A stretch of DNA of 64,000 bases, taken from contig NC_090352.1 in the NCBI RefSeq assembly GCF_035084215.1, positions 30,690,001-30,754,000 on the forward strand, given 5' to 3'. The notes below the pieces were generated by a model. That model saw only the letters and a list, made by a program, of their open reading frames with translations. It was not told where the DNA came from and did not search any database. The stretch comes from Heptranchias perlo. Lineage: Eukaryota. Positions 12,946-26,826 of the stretch are shown here, one piece after another. Every line of letters starts with the position of its first letter. The stretch's first letter is position 1. The position numbers and the translations under genes are program-made.

Positions 12946-14159
12946 ATAAAAAGGGAAGATAAATCTTATGGCCAGTCACTGCTGGCAGTCAGTAACACTT
13001 GGCCAGCATCAGAGGCCTGGAAGCAGTTATTCTGCCCTGTAGGTCAGGGAAACCAAGAGAGATTGGGAGAAATTATATAAACTAGGAGAGGTGAACATGA
13101 AAGAACATGCAGACAACAGCTGTTTGAGAGATTGGATGGAGTTATGTGAATCCATAATATTCACATTAGAAAGACTGAGGTAGAATTATGCATTCATATT
13201 CCTTTAAGCCTACGATTCCCTTATTAAATCTCAATAATCACCAGCACTAACAGACTTCCTCCTTCAGTCAGAAGATTGGAATGCACACTTCTTCATCACC
13301 GTCAATGCAAAACCATCATCAGCGACCACGAAATGTGCGTCAGTTGATTTCCTTTGATTTTGGCCTCCAAAAATAGGATGATTAGCCACTGCCAGAACCC
13401 ACACAGCACAATCTGTTGGTTCTGACCAGGCAACCCTCTTCTTTATAGCCAATACCAATTTTTTCATGGCAGTCATCAGATTCATCCTGAAATCTAACCT
13501 CTAGTCACTGCTATAAATCAACCATGTTATATTCCTTGAATTGGGACCAATCCAGACTCAACTCAGAGGTAGGTATCATGAAAAATAGGGTGAATGCCAA
13601 CATAAACTCTCAGTACAGTCACAACCAAATTCCTTTCCCCCACTTTTATGCCCAACACTCTGGTTCCCATTCCCAGTGCACCTGTCTATCACAAATCTGC
13701 CTGTGGTCCATTCTGGCCTCCATTTCACCTGAAATGTTAATGGTTTCTGCGTGATATGATAAGCAGTGTGCAAAAACAATCTTTGCAAGGGCAGTGAAGC
13801 TGTTCTGCTGAGGACAGTTTCACTCAATGTACCCAAACAAATTAATACACTGGATTATGGAACTGATATTCAGCAGGTCACTTGATAACTTTATAATGCG
13901 GCATAAATAACCAACAGAAAGTGATGCTGCTTTTCTAATTAACCGCCTCTTTAAGCTTTCTATATAAAGATAATGTATTCATACTTCCTGCCAAGAAGTG
14001 AGGCTCCCTTGATGAGATTTTCTCAGTATTCATTACCTTTCTATTTTAAGCTTATCAAGTGATGTACGGTGCTGCATAGTATTACTGTGATACACTTATT
14101 CACTAGGAGCTGAACGTTTGCAATGTACATTGGGAGGCTCGACTGAGCAGTGGGCAACA

Positions 14160-14484
14160 ATGGCACATTCAGAAAGACTCCTCCAGACCTGCCGGGTCGA
14201 GCTCATCAGCAGCCTGTCTAGGAACATTCCCACTTTACTGGATTATATGCAAGCTGAAGAACTGGTGACCAGTGAAGACAAGCAAATCGTCAATTCCAAG
14301 ATTACAGACACGGAAAAGGCACGCGAGATCCTGGACCTGGTACAGGCCAAAGGTGAAAAGACTTGCCAGCTGTTCATAGATCTGCTGCTGAAGTTACATA
14401 AAATCTGGCCTGATCAGGTCTCGCTCTTTGGTCAATTCATTGAATATTTGAGACCCAACAGTGAACTTCAGAAATACACCACAG
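14160..14484 (+). CDS. NOD-like receptor, coding exon 1: CARD domain
   Basis: Kozak acaATGG. MAHSERLLQTCRVELISSL...EKAREILDLVQAKGEKTCQLFIDLL is a CARD pattern. Donor ag|gtatgt at 14485, phase 1. Possible upstream acceptor cactag| at 14106. Confidence 0.88.
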
Positions 14485-17400
14485 GTATGTTAAGTTTAAG
14501 ACTTTGGGGACGTTTGCCTGAGGTAGTTTAATTCCTTGGAGGTAATTCTGCAACCTAGGGCCCCACATTTCTTCAGAGACTGGGTGTCCATGGCAGCGTA
14601 GATATAGCAGTCTCTCGCTGGAAAACATTTGGACATATAACCAGCTCTGTTGCAATGGACATTGGGCTGTATTTGAGACTTGGTATGAAAGTGCAAGTCG
14701 AGTTACTGATGCACGTTCAAGTCTCAAACTGGAACAAGTGAAGGTTTTGCTCCAGCGTTAGCGCCAATGGCAGCAGGAACACTGTAGAGCTAAAATCTTC
14801 ATTATATATAGTATCATAACATAGCATTATAGTATATTACAGCAAAGAAGGAGGTCATTCAGCCCATCATGCCCTTACCGGCTCTTTGAAAGAACTATCC
14901 AATTAGTCCCACTCCCCTGCTCTTTCTCCATAGCCCTGTAAATTTTTTCCCTTCAAGTATTTATCCAATTCCTTTTTGAAAGTTGTTATTGAATCTGCTT
15001 CCACCGTCCTTTCAGACAGTACACTCCAGATCAGAGCACCTCTCTGCCTCTGGTTTTTTTGTCAGAAGTCAATTGCCAGAAGGGTGGTTCATTTGGATTT
15101 CCTTGTGTTGGTGTTCTAGATACCCCCCTCTGAAAACAAGACAGAACATTTGTGCAACTACCACCAGCCAAGAGCTGGTGCCAACATGCAGCATGAATGG
15201 TGTTGAAAACTTAAGGGTGACGTTGAACAAGATCTAGGGTAGAGTAGTAGATCTAGGGTAGAGTAGTAGATCTAGCACTCAATTGCTGCAGTACAGCAAT
15301 CAACAAAGCAAGTACAATGCCAAACTAACCAGAAACAGTCGAGTACAAGTTATTTTCTTGTTGGGAATTTGTACCAAGAGAAGAAAGAATGAACATTTTG
15401 GCTGAGTAACTTTTCGCTCTGTGACTGATGCCAATTTTACAACAGCCTGACTCCAAGGCCACTCCACCAGAGCAGAGCAAGCTGCATTTCTGAGAGATCA
15501 AAAGCGTTGATTTTTCTTTTTTAAGTTGGTGCCTAATTATTTTGTGACAAAAACTTCCATTTTGCTGCCAATACTAAGGTTTTGTACTGGGGTCCATGCT
15601 AGGCCTGAATTAATGGAAAATTAATGCATGTTTGTAGCTTAACCTGCATCAGTAGTCATGCTGTTATTACAGGTTTCCAGAATTTGCAGTTATTTTTGTC
15701 ACCATATTATTTGCAGTTCCCTCACTAAGAAAGAAACCATCCAATGCTACCCACTATCAGACAATAACAGGCATTGCTTATATGATTCCTTCACTATTAC
15801 AGTAACCACATAATACACCCTCCCACAGCTTATGTAGGTGGCCTTGTAAAGAGGCTCTATTTTGCTACAAACAAGAAGTGAAGAACTGAGTAACTCATTT
15901 AGTAAGATATCAGATAAAGTGAACAGAAGTAGCAGCATGATCGCCACAGAATACTTGATTACTGATACAAGTTAAGTTATGAGCAGGCATTAAATTGGAA
16001 GAAGGAAAAAAGGGAAGAACAAACTTACATTTATATTGTGCCTTTCACAACCTCAAGACGTACTTTTGAGGTGTAGTCACTGTTGTAATGTATTTTAGGG
16101 AAAATACCCCAGTACGTGCTGATACTCAGTAAAAACAGTCAGCCTTTCAAATTTGATTGTAAAAAATATTTTAAATGTTAGTGTTACTGTATCAGAAATG
16201 TTTTTAAGATTCATTTTTATTTGTTCATAATTTTGCCCCTGCCACCTTTGCCCACTCGTCCCTGACAGATTCATTAGGGATGGTTGTCCAAGTACATACC
16301 AGCAGTGGAGAACTTTGCCAGCTGCCAACAGATATCAGAAAGTCCCAGGCCTGCTGCCCAAGATTTTCTGCCCATTGAGTGGGCACTGTGCCTGCAATTT
16401 TCCAGTATGCGCTGGTGGTGGGTGAGGTTCCCTGTTGCTGGCTTGCCCTAGGAAAATTGCCCTCACTCTATTAATGTACAACTTATATCACCAAACATGC
16501 AAGCCAAAAATTCCTCCATTTAAACAGAACTCAATATGGCGGAGATGGTGACTGAAAATGGCAAATTTCTGGAACTTTCACAACTAGGACCGAATTGTCT
16601 ACGAATAAAGGACAATTCCATTCAGGACATCTTTTTGAATACTTCCAGAGTTGTATGCTTCTTGGAAATTTCGGGATAGATTTTCCTGTTCCACTACCTT
16701 GATATTTTGGACCACCTGGATACAGTGAATACGGGAAATTGGGCAGGGTGGATAGCTCCTGTGGAAACACACCCGATTTTCAGTCTGTTCATTTAAACGG
16801 GCGGAAAATCGGGCAGGCTGTCTCTCTGGCATGTGATCCTCTCTGCCTGATTTTCCTCCACTCGCTGTACCCAATTGATCCAAAACGCCCTGGCACAGGA
16901 ACAAGAAGACCTTTCCCTATATCTTTCAAATGGTTTAGTTAAAAAAAAACAACAGATTTAAAATGGCTCTCTCAACTTTAATCAGTCTCGTTGTGTACAG
17001 ACAAGAAGCTACTCACAACATTGCCCCTTTAAAGTTCGATATTAACCTCCCCTTTGCGAAACATAATCTGTTTTTATCAACTTGAGATGGTAAAAATGGC
17101 TGCTTTATATGCTGTTAACTAGTATTCATTTTCTCAAGGTGGTGCAGGTCACTTTTCCAATGGAGTCCTCACATATAGATTCGCAAACCTGTAAGTCCCC
17201 CTCTGGTGAGATCCCGTTCCATGGTGGGGAGGTGCTGGGTGAGAGTCAGCACTTAGCACCAAGAAGGGAGGGAGAACTGGAAAGGCTGGTCAGCCTGAGC
17301 ACCTTCAATTGCCAGTTACAGAATGGCATTGGCAGAAACCTGGAAAACAGGTAACCTGTCTGTCTTCTAGAAAAATATTGGGTATGGCATCAGGGAAGGG

Positions 17401-17691
17401 GAATGAAGAAAGAGTTATTTCACCAGAAAAAAATTCTGATAATTTCATGTCATCTGACAACCAAATTTAGATAAGCTAATAAAAAGGAAGACAAATATTG
17501 CTTAACCCTGAAGTACATTTCCCTACTGTTGGTTTCACATGAAGTCAAAGGTTCCTCTCTCTTCTTTTCCCATCATAAGTAATTTTCAATGGTAAGACAC
17601 ATCAACTCCCTTCTAACTGGTTCGAGCTTGGGCTAAAAAAAAAAGGCTATTTCTACAGGACAGGGCTGTCATCAATCTTGCTCCTTTTCAG

Positions 17692-19321
17692 AAATCAGTT
17701 CAGTTGCAGAAAAGAACAGAAATCACATCAAGAAAAAACTTGTGACGGAAGAATTCATTCTACATTGCAATTACATCCCAGTGGAGCTGGTTGAACGCCA
17801 GCATCGAACCAAAGTGCCCGTGGAAAAGAAAATAAAGGTACAAGAGATGTTCACCTCAGCTTCTTCAAGGGGAGATGGGATTCCTAGACTTGTCATCTTA
17901 GAAGGACATCCAGGAACTGGAAAAACGACATTAGTAAAACACATGATCTCTGTTTGGGCATCATCTCAGCTGTACACAAATTTTAAGTTTGCATTCTATT
18001 TCTTCTTGGAGAGGGTGAGCCCCGATATTGACACCAGCCTCGTGGAATTGATCAAGACATTCTGTGACCATCTGAACTCTGAAGAGGTCCTCTGTGCTTT
18101 AGAGGACGATGCTGTTTTGCTGATATTTGATGGAGTACAAGATTTTCTCAAACCCCAAAACACAAGGGAAAGAGTTAAGAGTTGCAATCCATTACAGCCA
18201 ATGCCAATGAGCAAATTAATGGACCATTTGATTCGAGGCTCATTGCTATCAAACTGTTTCATTTTGCTTTTGACTAGACCTGAGGGGGTCTCACATATCC
18301 CAATGCCACAGGACGGCAGGTTAGTGGAAATAAAAGGGTTCTCCGATACTTTAAAACTCAAATTTTTGGGGCAGTCCATTGATGAGGCGCAGAGAAATTA
18401 CGTCGCAGGAGACCCGTTGTTGTGGGACATGTGCAGCATCCCTGCTTTCTGTGTGTTCCTACACTCCACTGTCCTCACCTACATCCATGAGTTATGCGCC
18501 ATCACCACATCGGAAATTCTGCTACACTATTTTAGATATTTCATCGCACACCATGTCAGTCCTTACAGATACCAGAATGAGGACCAAACATTTCTACAGA
18601 TGCACTGCATTTTGAAAACACTCTCAAGCGAGCTCCTCAGCATTGGCAAGGAGGCTTTACGGAGCCTGGGAGGAGAGCTGTCCCCTTCGGTGAAGAGTAT
18701 CCCTGACATCCCATTCCACGAATCCAGCATCACTGCCAATTTTGTGACAAGGCATTTAATACGAGATTCATTAACTTTTATAAGAGCAGATTATGCTTTC
18801 CCGTGCAAAGCTCTGCAAGAATTTTTTGCATCCGTTGATCTGACTCGTGAAATTGTCTCAAGGCGAGATAGTGATGATTACTCAGGCATCGTCTCAGCAG
18901 CTACAAGCAACCTCATCGCACTTATCTGTGGATTCCTCTCCACAAGCTGTGGCCACTTGCTAGAGGGGCTCTTGGACTTTGAACATAGTTCAGCAGATGA
19001 TAACTTCTGTAGCTTTTTGCTGCAGTGGATAAAGAGGAGCCACGATGAAGCATCTGATGAAAATGAAGGAGACAAACTCTTCGCCGTGATAAAGTGCCTC
19101 CATGCTAACTCTGCAGTGCAGCTGATTCCGAACTTTTTTAGTCGTGTAGGATCACTGATTGACCTCAGTCTTGTTCGCCTGTCGCCTGCAGACTGTGCTA
19201 CCATTGCTTATATCTTACAAAATACCAAAGACACGACACATTTGGATCTGTCAGAGTGCAAGATAGGTCCAGAAGGCTGTGCAGCCCTTTCATCGGGGAT
19301 AACGCACCTGCACTCACTCAG
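17692..19321 (+). CDS. NOD-like receptor, exon 2: NACHT, helical/WH domains, first LRR
   Basis: Acceptor ctccttttcag|, phase 1, in frame with ORF 17742..19325. Walker A GHPGTGKT (17904), Walker B LLIFDG, sensor-1 LLLTRP, CSIPAFC, QEFFAS, LRR LDLSECKIGPEG. Donor ag|gtaaga, phase 2. Confidence 0.95.
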
Positions 19322-20084
19322 GTAAGAAGTTTTTCAGAATTACCAACTTTGTTCTTGGTCAGTGTTGACTGACTGAGATGTGCAAATAATCCAGGGGCAT
19401 GATGGCTCCTGCAGTGGGGGAAAGGGAGAAGAGACATTGTCTGGAGACAGCAAGCCAGGGCTGAAGAGTAGCAATGTGGGGATGGATGAATGTTCTGGAG
19501 TGTTACTTTAGGGATCAGGAAGTACTTGTATAGAGATTTCCCCTCAGGCGATTAAGCGGGTACACTAGGGCCTTTAATAAGGTAGATTGATCTGTGGAAG
19601 GAGCTTACTTTGATGAGCTTAATGGCCTTGTCTTGTTCCATGCTTTCTTATGTTCTGATAGGGAACTTTGCTCCTGCAGCAGGAGTGTCTGTCTAACATT
19701 TCAAATTATGGCCTTCTATAGATGTACTGTATTGCAGAGGAGGTCATGCTGTTTACACAAACCTGATTCAAATCATGGCGATTTGCAGCCAGCGTAAGGA
19801 CAGCAATAAACAGTCACAGCCGAGTAAACAGGCTCAGGCCATCTCCACAGCACCCACAGAAATATGGATGGTTGGATACAAGCAATGTAATTTAATTAGA
19901 AATACTGTAACAGTACATCTCAAAGTGGTTTATGAATTTCATCAAAACCTCAAGTTTGAATTACAGCCTTTTACTCACCCTCTAATGATCTCAGTAAAGT
20001 GAAAACAATACCCAAGAACAGTTTAAAAATAGTGCTGCAATAACAAATATTGAAATTCATTTGCCAATTATGCGCCCATTATGC

Positions 20085-20770
20085 AAGTTTACTAATATCT
20101 TCCTATATTTTGTCGCAGTCCTCCTCGGTATTAACTATACCCCCCAATTTGGTGTCGTCCGCAAATTTTGAAATTATTCTTCCGATTCCCAAGTCCAAAT
20201 CGCATGTGTAAATGGTGAACAACAGTGATCTCAGCATCAATTCTTACCACTTCCCACCTTTTGCCAGTCTGAGTAACTACCTTTAACATCAACTCTCTGT
20301 TTTCTGTTTTGTAGCCAGTTTGCTATTCATTCTGCTACTTGTCCCCTGACTCCACACACTCTGACCTTAGTCAGGAGTCCACTATACGGTACCTTATCGA
20401 AGGCCTTCTGAAAATCCAAATATATTACATCTACTGCATTAGCGCGGATGCAACCCATCCAGACCAGGGGTTTTATCCTCTCTACGTTTGAATCGTTTAT
20501 CAATTATCTCCCCCCTTTCTATCTTAAATGTCTTTATATCTTTTTTGATCTCTTCTTCTAATGTCATGCCCACCCTGTTAGTCTCCCTGGTAAATACTGA
20601 GGCAAAGTAATTATTTAATATTTCTGCCATTTCGCTGTCATTACCTGTGAATTTATCGTGTGTATTCCTTGGTGGCCCTATCCCTATCCTGATTTTTCTT
20701 TTGTTATTTATGTGTCTGTAGAATACTTTACTGTTTCTTTTTATATTCCTTGATAATTTAATTTATTAAC
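20085..20770 (-). mobile_element. CR1 ORF2 fragment with internal deletion
   Basis: Minus strand encodes MAEILNNYFASVF...KTPGLDGLHPR, joined at about 20440 to RT segments (DFQKAFDKVP, FADDTK). Confidence 0.85.
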
Positions 20771-20838
20771 TCTACTCCCCGGGGATTTGGCACAGTTTGT
20801 GCAGTGCTGTCAAACCAATTACTTTCTTCTTTTTACAG

Positions 20839-20922
20839 ATTACGCAGCAACTCATTGGGTAACGTGGGGATCTCTTGTCTAGCCCAGATGTTATTGGAGA
20901 ACACCACAATCAGGGAGGTTGA
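20839..20922 (+). CDS. NLR exon 3: 28-aa RI-type LRR
   Basis: tttttacag| and |gtgagt, 84 nt, phase 2-2. LRSNSLGNVGISCLAQMLLENTTIREV. Confidence 0.92.
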
Positions 20923-22394
20923 GTGAGTACCAGTCTCCGCCACACACTCATCTTCATCCACCCTCCTTTAAAAGCAGTGACTGACACTGACATATGGTTT
21001 CAAGCGCACTAGAAATCCTCTTTTACGTTGACCAAGTGGCCATACTTTCATGTGTGAGTCCAGAAAGGTTATTCAACCATGGGGAGAGGGGGGCTGCATG
21101 ATAACCAAGTATGGTTCTGTCCTCACACCATTGTCCACACACGTTGTACCAGCCTTATATAGAATGCTGCAAAATGTATTCAGACTGTAAACGGTGAAAA
21201 TATAATTTGTGCCTCTTTGAAAAAAGATTAAAGTTCCTTTACGTCACTTGCCATTTGTGACACTGCCTCTAGAGAGAGAGAGAGAAAGAGAATAAGAGAT
21301 ATAGATGAAAACACAGCAGTAGGCACGTCTCCATATACAGTATAATCCAAATTTTGCTGTGTAATCTAATGTTTGTCCTCAGGAGCACAGGGGACGGAGT
21401 AGCTATGCTGAGCGATACAGTTACCTTGGGAATTTACTGCAGTGTAATAGTTTCTTTCAGAGGACCAGTAAACAATGTGCTTTAGCAAGCAATATTGGTT
21501 TATCTAATTTTTAACACGGATACCTCCTATCGCTTGCATACAAATGGTGAGGGTTTTTAAACCATCCACATTTGATTTGAAAACCTCCCAGACAGCAACG
21601 GATAATCAGTAAATTTGCCAGAATGAGCAGCAAAATGGTGATTCAAACTGAGAGGGGGGGAAAGAAAACAGGCCAAATAAAAACAGAAACCACTTGAAAT
21701 ACACAACAGGCCCGCAAGTGTCACGAAAGAAAAAAGATTGTTTATGGTTTCGGTGACTCTTAAATTGCCAATTATCTTCTAGCAACCACCAGCATAACAA
21801 CATCTGATGTGTGTTTAAACAGAGAATCATTATTGTCTCTGATTATTCTCTTTTTCTTTCTTTAACCTATTTCCCCTCCCCTCGTTCCCTTGATGTCCCT
21901 ATCGCCATGCCCGAAAGTTGTCGGCTTGTGGCCTCCAGCTGTGGAGCTGGCTGCTGGGTGGGTATACGAGAGCAGCCTAGGGTGGGGGACTCTCCCTCCG
22001 ATCTCTCTCCCCTCTCACGAGGAAGCCCCCCGACCGTCTCTCTGTTGTCTCTTCACAGGAACGTAGCCGAAGCTGGTAACTCAGTGCGTGGAAAATTGGA
22101 GGCACGCACGCGCCATTAAATTCCCCGGAGGGGGAGGTTCTCCGATCGTCTGCCGTGACTTTGGCGGAACATTCGGCGGAAACCCCCCTGGAGAAAGGCA
22201 GCGGCCAAAGTAGCTCGAAGCCATGCAAACCAGAATGCTGGAGCTTCCGTTCCTGGTGTGTGCTGAACAGTTGGAGGTGCCTCAGTGCCTCAGAGCGAAG
22301 TAGGGAGAAAATATAAAAAACAGCCAGGGTTCCTGCTCTCGATCGTGTCTGGTGACTCCTACTGGAAATTGCACATCTGACCATCACGTGAAAT

Positions 22395-22705
22395 CAACTT
22401 GCATTTATAGAGCCCCTGTAACGTGGTGAAACGTCCCAAGGCACTTCACAGGGGCATAATCAGACATAATCAGGGGCACCAAGCCAAAGAAGTAGACATT
22501 AGGACAGGCGACTAAACGCACAGCCAAAGAGGTAGGTTTTAACGAGCTTCTTAAAGGGGGCGAGAGAGGCGGAAAGGTTTGGGGAGGGAATTCCAGAGCT
22601 CGGGGCTTAGACAGCTGAAGGCACGACCGCCAATGGCGGGGCGAAGGAAGTCACGGATCCGCAAGAGGCCAGAATTGGAGGAACACAGAGTTCTCAGAGG
22701 GTTGT
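22395..22705 (-). mobile_element. L2-clade LINE 3' fragment
   Basis: Reverse complement ends ...ctataaatgcaagttg. Similar to the L2 3' region at 63330-63605. Confidence 0.65.
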
Positions 22706-22714
22706 CGGGCCCCC

Positions 22715-22888
22715 CCCCCCACAGTCGAATAGCCTGCTGACACTCTGGGGTAATTATCTGAGTTGGCGATCATGCCCCCCACAGTCGAATAGCCTGCTGA
22801 CACTCTGGGGTAATTATCTGAGTTGGCGATCATGCCACCCACAGTCGAATAGCCTGCTGACACTCTGGGGTAATTATCTGAGTTGGCA
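22715..22888. repeat. 60-bp tandem repeat x3
   Basis: acagtcgaatagcctgctgacactctggggtaattatctgagttggc recurs at 22721, 22781 and 22841. Confidence 0.95.
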
Positions 22889-23955
22889 GCCTTGCCCTCA
22901 TGCATTGCACGTTGGAAATTCAGGCACGCACTGCCCTCGATTTCCCATCCATTTTGGGTAGAGCCAAGTGTCACAAGACCAGATTTCTGTTATACACCGA
23001 TGGTGAGCAAGGCTCCCTGCCGGTAGTAAGAACGTGGAAAATGACCCCCTCGTTGTCTATGCTCGCAGGTGATATCGGAGGGGTGCCAGGTCTTGTGGAA
23101 AAGGGTGGCCCAGCAGGAGAGAAGGAAGCAACACAACAATGAATGAAAACCGGGGCTAACGGGTTAAACCAGTCCGAGCCACTTGTTTGACATCACTGGC
23201 TGCGACAGGACGGGATTAATAATGTTAAGTTGGAACAGGAGACACCATCCCTGGCACTTTACGCAGCTTCTAATCACATTAATCTGTCTATAATTGACAT
23301 TGATGCCTTTTTGTCCGTTACGATTGTGAAATGTATGCTGGGACAATATGATTAAGTCAGTAAACTGACTCGATAATTGATCGCCTAAATATGACAGTTA
23401 GAGTCCCACTTCTGCTGGGCCATTTACAAATTCCTATTAAAATGTAAAGTAAATATAGAATAATCAATGTGTAGCAGTGAGTTTCAAGGCACTTAGACAA
23501 TCAAGGTTATCTGCTGATATGGTTAGTGGCTTACATAGACCAATGCATTTCTGGGTAATGGTTTAAAAGGTGCTCGTCTCACTGAGGGTTCTCATCATCT
23601 GAACTCAAGATTGGACCACATTCAAGGCTGATTTCATTTTAAGCAGGGGCTTTATTCAGTTGTAGGTGTCCTTTTAGAGCTGGTAAATGTTCTCTGTGCC
23701 ATTTGCAACTCTCAGTGAGCTCACGTCATTTATGTGCGATGACTCCAACTGATTCTCCTTCCGTCCCGGGCGATCTTAAACCTTATTTTAGCTCAATTTA
23801 TAATTCATAACCCAACCCCGTCCATGGTAAAATGGTTGAAAATCCCAAAGCGACACAAGTGCATTAAAGCTATTGACGTTCCATTATTGTTTTGCAACAA
23901 GCTTTTCAATATATAACTGGAAACACTGCTACTTCAAAAATGACAGTGACACCGT

Positions 23956-24134
23956 GGGGGTCAATTTTAACCGAACCCACCCGTCGGGAAAGTGACGGGA
24001 TCAGGTGCAACACTGGTTTTACACCCCGCCCGATTTCACTCTCCACTGAAGTCAACGGAGGGTAATTTCAGGCGGGGGCAGAAAACTCGATCCCATCAGT
24101 TTCCCGGCGGGCGGGTTCCGTTGAAATTACCCCC
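23956..24134. mobile_element. MITE with terminal inverted repeats (PIF/Harbinger-like ends)
   Basis: ggggtcaattttaac...gttgaaattacccc, with internal inverted symmetry. Confidence 0.55.
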
Positions 24135-24544
24135 TCCTCGTGTGTCAGGAATAGAATCAGGTTTCTGCAGCAGAGCTTGTGGTCGGAATTCCATGGTTCC
24201 TGGACGGCTGACAGTGACCCCTCCACTTCTCCCTGAATTCTGGCTCTGTGATTAGCAGGAGCACAGGGACAGAGGTGATGATGTAAACACACAAACCAAT
24301 GTATTACTGAAATGGACCCAGGCTACAGGAACATTTCCATTATGGATGATGCCGGGTTTATCGATTTTAAGGCTTCTAACCCTATGTCAGCACATGACTG
24401 CAACGGTGAGAACTGCACTGGGTTTCTCATACCTTAATAATGATCCACATTGTAGCTTTAAAAATACAAGTGAGTTGATGTAGAAACTATCCTTTTAACA
24501 GTTAAGTAATCGGTAATTAAGTTTCTCTTTTTCTTTCTGGACAG

Positions 24545-24628
24545 ACTTCAGTGGAATGGCATAGGAGACAAAGGAGCGAAAGAAATAGCAGCCGTTATAG
24601 AACGGAATTGTACCCTCACTTATATTGG
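24545..24628 (+). CDS. NLR exon 4: 28-aa LRR
   Basis: ttctttctggacag| and |gtttgt, 84 nt, phase 2-2. LQWNGIGDKGAKEIAAVIERNCTLTYIG. Confidence 0.92.
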
Positions 24629-25556
24629 GTTTGTATAATACTATCACCTTTAACTAGAGCGCACAATGCTAGTGTTAACAGTGGCTGCGGAATCGCAGTG
24701 ACCTCCTGTTGGAAGCACTTTTTCTGCAGCTTGGGGCCCCGTGAAAGAAACATAGGTCACCTTGATGATCAAGTGTTCTATTGATTATTGATTGCACTGT
24801 TTAGAATCATAGAATTATAACAGCACAGAAGGAGGTCATTTGGCCCATCCAGCCGGTGCTGGCTCTTTGTAAGAGCCGTCCAATTAGTCCCACTCCCCCG
24901 CTCTTTCCCCATAGCCCTGCAATTTTTTCCCCTTCAAGTATTTATCCAATTCCTTTTTGAAAGCCACGACTGAATCTGCTTCCACCGCCCTTTCAGGCAG
25001 CACATTTCAGATCATAACTACTCGCTGCGTAAAAAAGTTTTTCCTCATGTCAACTTTGATTCTTTTGCCAATCACCTTAAATCTGCGTGCTAGGACCCAG
25101 ATCGCATGGGTATTTGCCTAAAAAGAAGGATGTCTGAGGAACATCAAATCGACTGAGGTCAGTGCAAAGATACAATGAATTACTAAAATTGACCATCTGG
25201 TCGAACATGCTCTCGGGTTCTTGCACAGTAATGCACAAGTACCTGAGTTTGTTTAAGTTGCTTTTAGTCAAAGGGCAGCGTAAACTCATTATTAGGGCCA
25301 GTGGTCTTGTTTGGCCCAATATCCTGCAACAAATCAAATTCCTTTATTTATTCCATGTAGTTTGATTTGATACCCAAGTGCTGCAATGTCCTGGAGACAG
25401 TCTATATGTCAAATTCTGAGTGGATCCGACTGATATCAAATCAACCGCTCTACTTATTATTGACTGGACCTTCTACCCAATCGTGCCTTAGTGCCAGTCT
25501 TCCATTTTCAGCATTAAAGGAGGAAGAAAACAAAAATGTTCAATAGTGTCCTATAA

Positions 25557-25898
25557 AGGGCATGGTGGCCATGATGGTCCATGATGGGCACAATGTTCAT
25601 GATGGGCACAATGGTCCATGATGGGCACAATGTTCATGATGGGCACGATGGTCCTTGATGGGCACGATGGTCCTTGATGGGCACGGTGGTCCATGATGGG
25701 CATGGCGGTCTATGATGGGCATGGTGGTCTATGATGGGCATGGTGGTCTATGATGGGCATGGCGGTCTATGATGGGCATGGTGGTCTATGATGGGACATG
25801 ATGGGCACGATAGTCCACGATGGGCATGGTGTCCTATGATGGTCTATGATGGGCATGGTGTCCACGCTGGGTATGGTGTCCACGATGGGCATGGTGGC
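25557..25898. repeat. About 20-bp degenerate minisatellite
   Basis: Repeated atgatgggca(t/c)ggtggtc(c/t). Confidence 0.9.
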
Positions 25899-25942
25899 AC
25901 AGCACAATGGAATTCCAGTAGGCGGTGCCATCGAGTATTATT

Positions 25943-26436
25943 AAAGAAAGAACTTACATTCCTATCGTGCCTTTCACAACCTCAGGACATCCCAAAGCGC
26001 TTTGCATCCAGTGATGTACCTTTGACATGTAGTCACTGTTACAATGTAAAAAAGCACAGCAGCCAAGTTCTGCAGAGCAAGATCCCAAAAACGACAATGG
26101 GATCAATGACCAGATAATCTGTTTTTGGTGGTGTTCGTTGAGGGATAAATTTTAGCCAGGACACCGGGGAGAACTCCCCTGCTCTTCTTCAAATGGTGCA
26201 ATGGAATATTTTACGTCCACCTAAGAAGCCAAATAGTGGCTCGGTTTAATGTTTCATCCAAAAGACGGCACCTCCGACAGTGCAGCCTATGGACGGTGCT
26301 GCCTTTATACATTTTAAGAAAGTTGTCAGAACAATTTGACTGCGAGGGTAACTAGATTATGTGCTCAAGTCTCTGCAGTGAGGCTTGAACCAATGACCTT
26401 CTGACTCAGAGGCGAGAGTGCAAATGCACTGAGCCA
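25943..26436 (-). mobile_element. Deu-domain SINE
   Basis: Reverse complement of the 4638-5100 family, including the tRNA head. Confidence 0.85.
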
Positions 26437-26826
26437 ATTATGTGGGTTAATAATCGAAACTAATGCTTACTTAGTCAGTAATTCCCAGCCTTGCTACCTC
26501 TACTACCAAGGAGGACAGGAGCAGCAATATCATGAGAACACCATGACCTTCAAATTCTCCTCCAAGTCACACACCATCCAGATTTGGACATATAATCGCT
26601 GTTCCTTCATTGTTGTTAGGTAGGGATTTCTAGGATTTTGACCTAATTCTGGAGTGGGTGCATCCTAACCGCAAGGACTACAGTGGTTCAAGGCGGTGAC
26701 CCATCACCTTTTCAGGGCAACTAGGGATGGGCAATAAAATGCAGTCTTGCCAGCATTGCCTGTATCATGTGATCAAAGAAAAGAAAATTCCCACACATGG
26801 TGAATTCCAAATCTTGGTCATTGGAA

